A stretch of DNA of 25,755 nucleotides from a bacterium. Lineage in GTDB: Bacteria > SZUA-182 > DTGQ01 > JAFGSM01. Made by a program: the position numbers and the translations under genes. The notes beneath the pieces are model-generated. The model searched no databases, was not told where the DNA came from, and saw nothing but the letters and a program-made list of their open reading frames with translations. Each line of letters starts with the position of its first letter. The first letter of the stretch is position 1. This document shows, in pieces, positions 18,588 to 25,755 of this stretch. Where the stretch lies: positions 1-25,755 of the forward strand of contig JBLIRP010000058.1 in NCBI GenBank assembly GCA_049472355.1, in the 5' to 3' direction.

Positions 18588-18877
18588 ATGTCCACAGAAC
18601 CTGTGAAAAGGTTGTGGATAACCCGTACCTCCCGGAGGCAAATCCACTGTCATTGCTGATCAAATAACAAGATGCCTGCATTTTAGGCATTGTTCTTTTG
18701 CTCACAAAATCAGATGATTAAAATGTATTTATAGACGTTTTCCCATCCTCCGCACACAATCATGTGCGAAAGACGATTTATCCACAAATGGCCTTCAGGA
18801 TGCAAGAACCTTCCCGTGAATCTTGTCAAGGGCACCCACCATCTGCTATGATTAGTATATTTCATTGATTAATCACA
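18588..18877. promoter_or_regulatory. DnaA-box cluster with an IHF-consensus site
   Basis: Perfect boxes TGTGGATAA (18613-18621) and TTATCCACA (18778-18786). Degenerate boxes at 18588-18596, 18602-18610, 18698-18706 and 18869-18877. AATCAGATGATTA (18708-18720) fits WATCARNNNNTTR. Confidence 0.7.
18823..18852 (+). promoter_or_regulatory. Putative extended -10 sigma70 promoter for the FmdB-type gene
   Basis: TTGTCA-18 nt (ending in TGC)-TATGAT. Confidence 0.5.
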
Positions 18878-18918
18878 GTATACATGCTGTTCGAAACACA
18901 TGACGCGGAGGTAATGCA

Positions 18919-19197
18919 ATGCCGATCTATGAGTATGAATGTGAAAAGTGCGGCTTGAAAACCGAAATCAGGCAAAATTTTTCCGATCCCCCGATCACCG
19001 AATGTCCGGAATGCTCCGGCCGGCTTAAGAAGCTGATTGCCCCTCCGGCAATCATTTTCAAGGGATCGGGGTGGTATGTCACTGATTTTCCCTCAAAGGA
19101 TCGTAAGCAGGGAATGGAGGGAGAAAAAAAGGGTGCTGAAGAAAAGAAGACAGAAAAGGGCGCCAAGACAACCGACAAGGAAAATGTAAAGGTTTAG
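18919..19197 (+). CDS. FmdB family zinc-ribbon protein
   Basis: MPIYEYECEKCG...CPECSG...FKGSGWYVTD; GGAGG RBS. Confidence 0.93.
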   Translation: MPIYEYECEKCGLKTEIRQNFSDPPITECPECSGRLKKLIAPPAIIFKGSGWYVTDFPSKDRKQGMEGEKKGAEEKKTEKGAKTTDKENVKV

Positions 19198-19218
19198 GGA
19201 CGCCTGCGCCCCTAAACC
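19191..19218. terminator. Hairpin between convergent genes
   Basis: GGTTTAGGG...CCCTAAACC inverted repeat; no clear U-tract. Confidence 0.4.
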
Positions 19219-19245
19219 GCTCCTTGCCCCATAAGAATCTGAATA

Positions 19246-19455
19246 TTATGATTTCTCTTCTATCTTCTTCTTTCCCTCTTCGTCCTCCTTTTTTTCCGGG
19301 GTGACCTCGATTTCATCCGTTCCCTGTGCGGCCTTTTTGAAGTTTTTGATGCCCTTTCCCAGGCCACTCCCGATCTCCGGAAGTTTCCCCGCACCAAAGA
19401 TGATCAACACGATGATTAAAATAACTATCATTTCAGGCATACCAATACCGAACAT
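19246..19455 (-). CDS. tatA: Twin-arginine translocase subunit TatA/E
   Basis: [41 protein letters not shown]; start placed at ATG 19455. Confidence 0.95.
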   Translation of the reverse strand: MFGIGMPEMIVILIIVLIIFGAGKLPEIGSGLGKGIKNFKKAAQGTDEIEVTPEKKEDEEGKKKIEEKS

Positions 19456-19530
19456 TGGCTTCCTACACCTTCCCTTCTTTACTGTTATGTATTCGCATAC
19501 GGTTATAGCATTAAAAATCAACGAATTTGT

Positions 19531-20331
19531 TTAATGGTCGAATTCATTGGTCTTCATTTTTGACAGCGCATTGAACGCGGCGTTTTGTTCCGCCCTCCGC
19601 TTGCTTCCCCCTTTCCCCCTTCCACACAGTTTATCATCGATAAATAGATTCACCTCAAACTCGGGATTGTGATCCTCTCCCGTTTCCGAGACCACCTTAT
19701 AGATGGGGATGCACCCATATTCTCCCTGCGAATACTCCTGCAGGATGGTCTTATACTCCGGGATATAATGCCCTTCCCCCCCTGCCAAAGCTGTGATCCT
19801 TGCCCCCATGTGGCGGATGACGAAATCATGGGCACTCGTAAACCCTCCATCCAGGTAGATCCCCGCAATAACCGCCTCAACGGCATCCGACAGGATGGAC
19901 CGCTTCAGTCTCCCCCCGGAATTCTCCTCTCCGCGGCCAAGGAGGAGACAGGGACCCAGTTCCAACTCCTTGGCGATTTCGAATAGAAAGGATTCGCTCA
20001 CGATGAATCCCTTGATCCGTGATAGCTGCCCCTCGGAGTATCCGGGGAATCCCTGGACCAAAAAATCGCTTATCACCAGCCCCAGGATCGCATCCCCCAG
20101 AAATTCCAGCCGTTCGTTATCACAGGCGTTCTCCTTGTCGGGTGCCTCATTGATAAAGGACGTATGGGTAAGGGCGGTATCGAGGTAGCGTATGTTGCGA
20201 AAGGCGTATCCAAGACGTCTCTGAAGTAGCTTTAATTCCGTGCTCCCCTTCATCCCTGTTTCATAATCCCTTCTCGTTGTCCTCATGACTGCATGCGGAA
20301 ACGGAATCCTGTTCTCCTGTCGCTCGCTCAA
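19531..20331 (-). CDS. rnc: Ribonuclease III
   Basis: ALTHTS, NERLEFLGDAIL signature, DAVEAVIAG and a C-terminal dsRBD. The true start may be internal (e.g. ATG 20253). Confidence 0.97.
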   Translation of the reverse strand: MSERQENRIPFPHAVMRTTRRDYETGMKGSTELKLLQRRLGYAFRNIRYLDTALTHTSFINEAPDKENACDNERLEFLGDAILGLVISDFLVQGFPGYSEGQLSRIKGFIVSESFLFEIAKELELGPCLLLGRGEENSGGRLKRSILSDAVEAVIAGIYLDGGFTSAHDFVIRHMGARITALAGGEGHYIPEYKTILQEYSQGEYGCIPIYKVVSETGEDHNPEFEVNLFIDDKLCGRGKGGSKRRAEQNAAFNALSKMKTNEFDH

Positions 20332-20334
20332 CCG

Positions 20335-21582
20335 TCAGGTCGCGTCAGGCGCACTCAACACAAGGCTTGCATTGGTCCCACCAAAACCGAAGGAATTCTT
20401 CAAAACGTAGCGCACCTGTTTATTCACCGCCCTGTTCGGACAGTAGTTGAGGTCACATTCGGGATCAGGCTCTTCGTAATTGATTGTCGGGGGGATGATG
20501 CCGTGAAGGATCATCAGGCAGCTCGCAACCACCTCGACCCCTCCGGCGGCGCCGAGCAGGTGTCCGAGCATGGATTTGTTCGCGCTGATGAAGATATCGC
20601 CGGCATGCGCCCCGAAAATCCTTTTGATGGCAGTGGTTTCCATGCGATCGTTAAGGGGGGTGGAGGTCCCATGGGCATTGATGCATTCAAACTCCTCCCG
20701 GGGGACACCCGAATCATCCAATGCCCTGCTCATTGCAAGGCATGCACCCTCGGCATCCGGATCAGGGGCGGATATATGATAGGCATCACTGGACGCACCA
20801 TACCCCAGGATCTCCGCATAGATCCGCGCACCCCTGGAGAGCGCGGCATCCCTCTCCTCAATGACCACCACGCCTGCCCCCTCTCCCATGATGAACCCAT
20901 CCCTGTTACGTTCAAAGGGACGGCTGGCCCTTGCCGGATCGTCATTCCGCGTTGAGAGCGCATTCATGGCACAAAAGCCGGCCACCGCCAGGGGCGTGAT
21001 CACCGACTCGGAACCCCCGGCAATCATCACATCCGCATCGCCCCTCTGGACGATCCGGAATGCATCACCGATGGCATGGGTCCCAGTGGCACAGGCGGTG
21101 ACTACAGCGGTGTTCGGCCCCTTTAGCCCGAAACGCATCGAAACGATACCCGAGGCGAGGTTGATGATGGACATGGGGATGAAAAAGGGAGAAATCCGCT
21201 TCGGCCCCTTTTCCATGAGGATGGTATGATATTTTTCAATCGCCTGCATTCCTCCGATGCCCGAGCCGATCAGTACCCCGACCCGGTTCCTGTCTATCGC
21301 CTCCAGGGGAAGCCCCGCATCCTCCACCGCCATGATGGCGCCGGCCAAGGCATATTGGATAAAGGTGTCCATCCGCTTCAGGTCCTTCTGGGGAACATAC
21401 CCTTCCGGTTCGAAATCCTTTACCTCCGATGCAATCCGGGTATCGAACCCTTCGGGATCAAACCTCGTTATCCGCCCGATTCCGGATCTTCCGCTGCACA
21501 GTCCGGTCCAGAACTTCTCGAGAGTGCATCCGAGAGGGGTGATGACCCCGAGACCGGTTATGACGGCCCTCTTGTGCCTCAT
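20335..21582 (-). CDS. fabF: 3-oxoacyl-ACP synthase II
   Basis: TACATG (Cys), [24 protein letters not shown]. Confidence 0.97.
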   Translation of the reverse strand: MRHKRAVITGLGVITPLGCTLEKFWTGLCSGRSGIGRITRFDPEGFDTRIASEVKDFEPEGYVPQKDLKRMDTFIQYALAGAIMAVEDAGLPLEAIDRNRVGVLIGSGIGGMQAIEKYHTILMEKGPKRISPFFIPMSIINLASGIVSMRFGLKGPNTAVVTACATGTHAIGDAFRIVQRGDADVMIAGGSESVITPLAVAGFCAMNALSTRNDDPARASRPFERNRDGFIMGEGAGVVVIEERDAALSRGARIYAEILGYGASSDAYHISAPDPDAEGACLAMSRALDDSGVPREEFECINAHGTSTPLNDRMETTAIKRIFGAHAGDIFISANKSMLGHLLGAAGGVEVVASCLMILHGIIPPTINYEEPDPECDLNYCPNRAVNKQVRYVLKNSFGFGGTNASLVLSAPDAT

Positions 21583-21596
21583 GCAATATCCTTAGT

Positions 21597-21839
21597 CTAT
21601 TGTGTGACGTGTGATTCGATAAACTCAACCGCCTCTTGAACCTTCGTAATCCTCTCGGCCTCTTCGTCGGAGATCTCGAGGTCGAATTCCTCTTCCAGGG
21701 CCATCACCAATTCGACGATATCCAGGGAATCGGCACCCAAATCCTCGATGAAGGATGCCTGAGGGGTTACCTCCTTTGTATCCACGCCCAATTGGTCAAC
21801 GATTATCTTTGTTACCCTGTCCTTCACCTTTTCTGCCAT
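21597..21839 (-). CDS. acpP: Acyl carrier protein
   Basis: DLGADSLD phosphopantetheine site; 80 aa, acidic. Confidence 0.98.
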   Translation of the reverse strand: MAEKVKDRVTKIIVDQLGVDTKEVTPQASFIEDLGADSLDIVELVMALEEEFDLEISDEEAERITKVQEAVEFIESHVTQ

Positions 21840-21912
21840 AATGCCCTCCGCACATAAAAAAATGGGTTAATCCACAGTACCTACCCGCGGTCAAGAAATG
21901 AACCTGCGTGGT

Positions 21913-22665
21913 TTACATGTATATCCCGCCGTTCACGGGGATCACCTGACCGGTGACATATCCCGCCTGTTTCGAGGCCAGCACGACCACCATAAAGGCG
22001 ATATCATCGATCTGCCCGAATCGCCCCAAGGGTATCATGCGCAACATGGCATCCTTGACCGTATCGCTGAGACGCGCGGTCATTGACGTCTCTATATAAC
22101 CCGGAGCGATTGCATTGACCGTTATGCCCCGAGGCGCAAGCTCCTTGGCCATGGTCTTGGTGAGCCCGATCATCCCCGCCTTGGCAGCGGAATAATTCGT
22201 CTGCCCGGGGTTCCCCATCTGTCCCACCACCGAGGAGATATTGATGATCCGGCCCCATCGCGATTTCATCATTGAGGCGGCCGCGACCTTGGCACATAAA
22301 AAGGCCCCCTTGAGATTGATGTCGAGCACCTGGTCCCAGTCCTCCTCCTTCATTCTCATGACCAGGGCATCCCGAACGATGCCGGCATTGTTCACCAGGA
22401 TGTCCAATGATCCGAACGTATCGATGATCCTCCTGATCCCCTGGTCGACATCCGCTGCCTGAGACACATCCATGCGCAAGGTCAGGGCGTCGGCAAGGAA
22501 CTGCCCTTCCTCCTTAACCAGCCGATCGAGAACCGCTTCATTCACATCGGCAAGCGCCACCTTCACCCCATGGGAGACGAGCGCTCGCACGATTCCGTAT
22601 CCGATACCCTGGGCGGCCCCGGTTACCAGCGCAACCTTCCCGTTGAGCCCGAAAAAATCATTCAT
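21913..22665 (-). CDS. fabG: 3-oxoacyl-ACP reductase
   Basis: TGAAQGIG, NNAGI, YSAAK, VNGG; TGATG overlap with fabD. Confidence 0.96.
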   Translation of the reverse strand: MNDFFGLNGKVALVTGAAQGIGYGIVRALVSHGVKVALADVNEAVLDRLVKEEGQFLADALTLRMDVSQAADVDQGIRRIIDTFGSLDILVNNAGIVRDALVMRMKEEDWDQVLDINLKGAFLCAKVAAASMMKSRWGRIINISSVVGQMGNPGQTNYSAAKAGMIGLTKTMAKELAPRGITVNAIAPGYIETSMTARLSDTVKDAMLRMIPLGRFGQIDDIAFMVVVLASKQAGYVTGQVIPVNGGIYM

Positions 22666-23588
22666 CACAAGGTCTCCTTATATAGCTCCAAACTCGGGAC
22701 ATCGGATATGGGGATGACCTCCACCCCCTTGTCTATCCTCCGGACCAGTCCGGTGAGCACCCTTCCCGGTCCCACCTCGATAAAGGTCGTCACCCCCTCC
22801 CTGATCATGAGCCGAATACCATCATCCCATCGGACCGGTGAGGTCATCTGCTCGATCATGACGCCCCTCAGATCATCCCTCTTGTGCACCGGAGCCGCCC
22901 GGGAGTTGGAGAGGATCGGTACCCGCGAGTCCCGCAACGCGATTGCATCCACTTCATTCGCCAGCAGGGAGGCAGCCGATTCCATCAGGGGACAGTGGGA
23001 AGGGATGCTGACGGGGAGCAGGAGCGCATGCCTGGCCCCCTTCTCCCGTGCAAGTGCCATGGCCATCTCCACTCCCGGCCGTTCCCCGGTGATCACCACC
23101 TGGCCGGGGCAATTGTAGTTTGCAGGCCATACCCGTCCTGTTTCCCACGCCCGGGTGCACACCTCTTCCACGGCCTGATTCTCCAGGCCGATCACCGCAG
23201 CCATGGCCCCTTCACCCGAGGGGACCGCCTCCTGCATGGAGCGTCCCCGCGCCATGACCAGCCTGGCGGCATCCGCCCAGTCAAGCGCCCCTCCCGCAGC
23301 CATTGCGGTGAACTCCCCCAGGCTGTGCCCGGCGAAAAACGCGGCGTCCGGATTCCCGAGGCATGCCCAGAGGGCGAGACTGGTAGTCAATATAGCAGGT
23401 TGGGTGTAGGTTGTCAATGAGAGGGTATCTTCAGGGCCTTGAAAACACAGGCCTTTTAAATCAAAGGCCACTGCCTCGGTTGCCTGATCGTATACCGCCC
23501 GCGCCTCCGGGAACCGCTCATAGACGTCCCTTCCCATACCCACGAACTGTGATCCCTGCCCGGGAAATATGAAGGCCCGTGTGCTCAT
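22665..23588 (-). CDS. fabD: Malonyl-CoA:ACP transacylase
   Basis: FPGQGSQ, TQPAI, GHSLGE, SHC, EVGPG. Confidence 0.97.
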   Translation of the reverse strand: MSTRAFIFPGQGSQFVGMGRDVYERFPEARAVYDQATEAVAFDLKGLCFQGPEDTLSLTTYTQPAILTTSLALWACLGNPDAAFFAGHSLGEFTAMAAGGALDWADAARLVMARGRSMQEAVPSGEGAMAAVIGLENQAVEEVCTRAWETGRVWPANYNCPGQVVITGERPGVEMAMALAREKGARHALLLPVSIPSHCPLMESAASLLANEVDAIALRDSRVPILSNSRAAPVHKRDDLRGVMIEQMTSPVRWDDGIRLMIREGVTTFIEVGPGRVLTGLVRRIDKGVEVIPISDVPSLELYKETL

Positions 23589-23643
23589 GGGACACCATCC
23601 TTCATGGTGGTATGCGATCGGACGATGCTTCCTTCGGGACCGT

Positions 23644-24828
23644 TCACGCCTGTTTGATCTCCCTGATCAGCGCCGGTACGATCTCGAAGAGATCCCCTAC
23701 CAATCCATAGTTGGCAACAGTGAAGATCGGCGCCTCAGGGTCCCGGTTGATGGCCACGATCACCTCGGAGGATTGCATCCCCACCAGGTGCTGGATCGCA
23801 CCGGAAATTCCGCACGCGATATAGAGTTTGGGACAAACGGTCTTGCCGGTCTGCCCTACCTGGTGGGAATACGGGATCCAGTCGGCATCGACAGCCGCCC
23901 TGGACGCCCCCACCGCGCCGTTTAAAAGCTCGGCCAATTCCCTTAAAAGAGAAAAGTGTTCAGGCTTTCCAATACCCCTGCCGCCCGCAACAATGATGTC
24001 GGCATCCGCAAGGTTGACCTTTTCCGACATGTCCTCGACAAACCGAATGAAGGCGGTGCGAGATGCCCCGGAGGAAAGGTCGATCCTCTCCTTTTTCACC
24101 TCTCCCTTCCGGGAGGCGTCGGACGCCGGCTTCTTCATGACCTTGTGACGCACCGTGGCCATCTGGGGACGGTGCTTGGGGCAGACGATGGTGGCCATGA
24201 TGTTTCCCCCGAAGGCGGGCCTTGTCTGGAGAAGTATCTGTTTCTCAGGATCAATGCCCAGGGAGGTGCAGTCCGCGGTAAGGCCCGTTCCCAGCGTGGC
24301 GGCCACCATGGGGAAAAAGGACCTCCCGATGCTGGTGGCACCCGCCAGCAGAATCTCCGGCTGATAAGTTCGGACCAGATCGGTGAGCGCGGCCGTATAC
24401 AGATCGTTATGAAACTCGTTGAGGCCGGGTTCGTCCACCAGGAGGACCCGGTCAGCCCCATAGGCGGCCAGCCCGGCCGCCTGGACATCGAGCCCCTGCC
24501 CGAATACGACCGCCCACAGCTCCGTATCCAGTTGATCGGCGAGCGTACGCCCGGCACCCAGGAGTTCGTAGCCCACCTCGGCAAGTTCTCCGTGTCGCTG
24601 CTCCGCGAACACCCATACCCCCCGGTGCTCCCCCCGACCCATCTCCTCGACGTCCTCCCGGATGAACTGGATGGCCCCCACCGGGCAGACCTCGATGCAT
24701 GCCCTGCAGAGGTTACAGGCGTCTCCTATACGGGCGCCCCCCCCCTCCACGGTGATGGCCCCGAAGGGGCATGAAGGGACACAGGCCTCGCACCCGGTGC
24801 ATTGTTCCTCACGTATGGTAATGTACAT
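23644..24828 (-). CDS. etfA: Electron transfer flavoprotein alpha subunit with an N-terminal 2[4Fe-4S] ferredoxin domain
   Basis: CTGCEACVPSCP and CNLCRACIEVCP, then GLTADCT, RPAFGG, QVGQTG and GISGAIQH. Start placed at ATG 24828 by RBS spacing (alternative 24834). Confidence 0.96.
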   Translation of the reverse strand: MYITIREEQCTGCEACVPSCPFGAITVEGGGARIGDACNLCRACIEVCPVGAIQFIREDVEEMGRGEHRGVWVFAEQRHGELAEVGYELLGAGRTLADQLDTELWAVVFGQGLDVQAAGLAAYGADRVLLVDEPGLNEFHNDLYTAALTDLVRTYQPEILLAGATSIGRSFFPMVAATLGTGLTADCTSLGIDPEKQILLQTRPAFGGNIMATIVCPKHRPQMATVRHKVMKKPASDASRKGEVKKERIDLSSGASRTAFIRFVEDMSEKVNLADADIIVAGGRGIGKPEHFSLLRELAELLNGAVGASRAAVDADWIPYSHQVGQTGKTVCPKLYIACGISGAIQHLVGMQSSEVIVAINRDPEAPIFTVANYGLVGDLFEIVPALIREIKQA

Positions 24829-24839
24829 ACTCATTCCCC

Positions 24840-25625
24840 TTAAATCAATTTCGCCTCTTTGAGCTCCCTCACCAGCGAGGATACCATCGCCTCCTTTTCC
24901 CCGGTAAAGACCTTTCCCGAGGCCCTCGGCTCCGGGGAGAAGATCCTGACCACCCAGGTGGCGGAGCCGTTGAGCCCGCACCGGGAGGGATCCGCACCGA
25001 TATCATCAGCATTCCACACCGGGATCTCCTCCTTCCGTGCGCGCATCTTCCCCTTGAGGGAGGGGAGACGCGGGATGTTGATCTCCTTCACCACGGTCAG
25101 GAGCACGGGCAAGGAGGACTCCATGACATCGTAGCCATCCTCCATCATCCGCTGTATCCGTATTCGATCCTTGGAAATCTCCTCTATATGCTTCACATAG
25201 GTGAGCACGGGAATCCCCAGGGTTTGGGCCAACTCCGGCCCCACCTGTGCGGTATCCCCGTCGATCGCCTGTTTGCCGCACAGGATCAGGTCATAGGAAC
25301 CGATCTTCCGGATGGCCTGGCTGAGGGTATAGGAGGTGGCCCAGGTGTCGGCGCCGCTGAACCGTTTGTCGCTTATCAGCACGGCCCTGTCCGCGCCCAT
25401 CGAAAGGGCCTCCCTGAGGGCGGCATCAGCCTGGGGCGGTCCCATGGAGATGACCGTCACCCGGCCCCCGCATTTCTCCTTGATCCTGATCCCCTCCTCG
25501 AGGGCATACAGGTCAAAGGGGTTGATGATGCTGGGAACGCCCTCCCGGATGAGGGTGTTGGTCTGGGGATCGATTCGGATATTGCCGGTTTCGGGGACCT
25601 GTTTTATGCAGACCACGATCTCCAT
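24840..25625 (-). CDS. etfB: Electron transfer flavoprotein beta subunit
   Basis: CIKQVP, NPFD, GADTWAT, GKQAIDGDTAQVG; ATG at 25625 with AGGGG RBS. Confidence 0.97.
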   Translation of the reverse strand: MEIVVCIKQVPETGNIRIDPQTNTLIREGVPSIINPFDLYALEEGIRIKEKCGGRVTVISMGPPQADAALREALSMGADRAVLISDKRFSGADTWATSYTLSQAIRKIGSYDLILCGKQAIDGDTAQVGPELAQTLGIPVLTYVKHIEEISKDRIRIQRMMEDGYDVMESSLPVLLTVVKEINIPRLPSLKGKMRARKEEIPVWNADDIGADPSRCGLNGSATWVVRIFSPEPRASGKVFTGEKEAMVSSLVRELKEAKLI

Positions 25626-25626
25626 G

Positions 25627-25755
25627 TCAGTTCCCCTTTGCCCTTGATTTGAGAAGCTCCAGGGCGATGACATTCCTCTGGATCTGGTTTGTCCCTTCGT
25701 AGATCTGGGTGATCTTGGCGTCCCTCATCATCTTCTCCACCGGGTAATCGCGCAT
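25627..25755 (-). CDS. Acyl-CoA dehydrogenase, C-terminal end (partial; not in the ORF track)
   Basis: Own translation: [42 protein letters not shown], containing the catalytic YEGT motif. Stop lies 1 nt before the etfB ATG. Confidence 0.95.
   Translation of the reverse strand: MRDYPVEKMMRDAKITQIYEGTNQIQRNVIALELLKSRAKGN

Noticed and set aside
20335..23588. Type II PKS or specialised lipid cluster
   Set aside because: Canonical single fabD-fabG-acpP-fabF-rnc order, with no chain-length factor or tailoring genes.

Overview
GC-rich bacterial chromosomal window, almost entirely minus-strand housekeeping genes. An anaerobic, deltaproteobacteria-like organism is inferred from gene content. From the right end: the 3' end of an acyl-CoA dehydrogenase, etfB and a ferredoxin-fused etfA run directly into fabD-fabG-acpP-fabF-rnc-tatA. 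These are followed by an FmdB zinc-ribbon gene, a non-coding region with DnaA boxes and an IHF-type site, pgi, a DUF362 Fe-S protein, an ahbA/nirD-like gene, two histidine kinases, a DinG/YoaA helicase, an M23 peptidase, secA, a nitrilase-family amidase, a secreted protein, a DUF62 SAM hydrolase and pmbA. The left 1.1 kb is AT-richer and holds gene remnants (a PIN fragment and a chimeric ORF ending in a MetF C-terminus). Best leads: (1) an apparently electron-bifurcating acyl-CoA dehydrogenase/ETF module sitting in the FAS-II operon where an enoyl reductase often lies; (2) a DARS/oriC-like DnaA-box plus IHF element with no dnaA in the window; (3) a secreted stand-alone subtilase propeptide between aromatic low-complexity repeat arms. 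No rRNA, tRNA, CRISPR array or transposase was recognised. All calls come from motif recognition by eye; no database searches were run.
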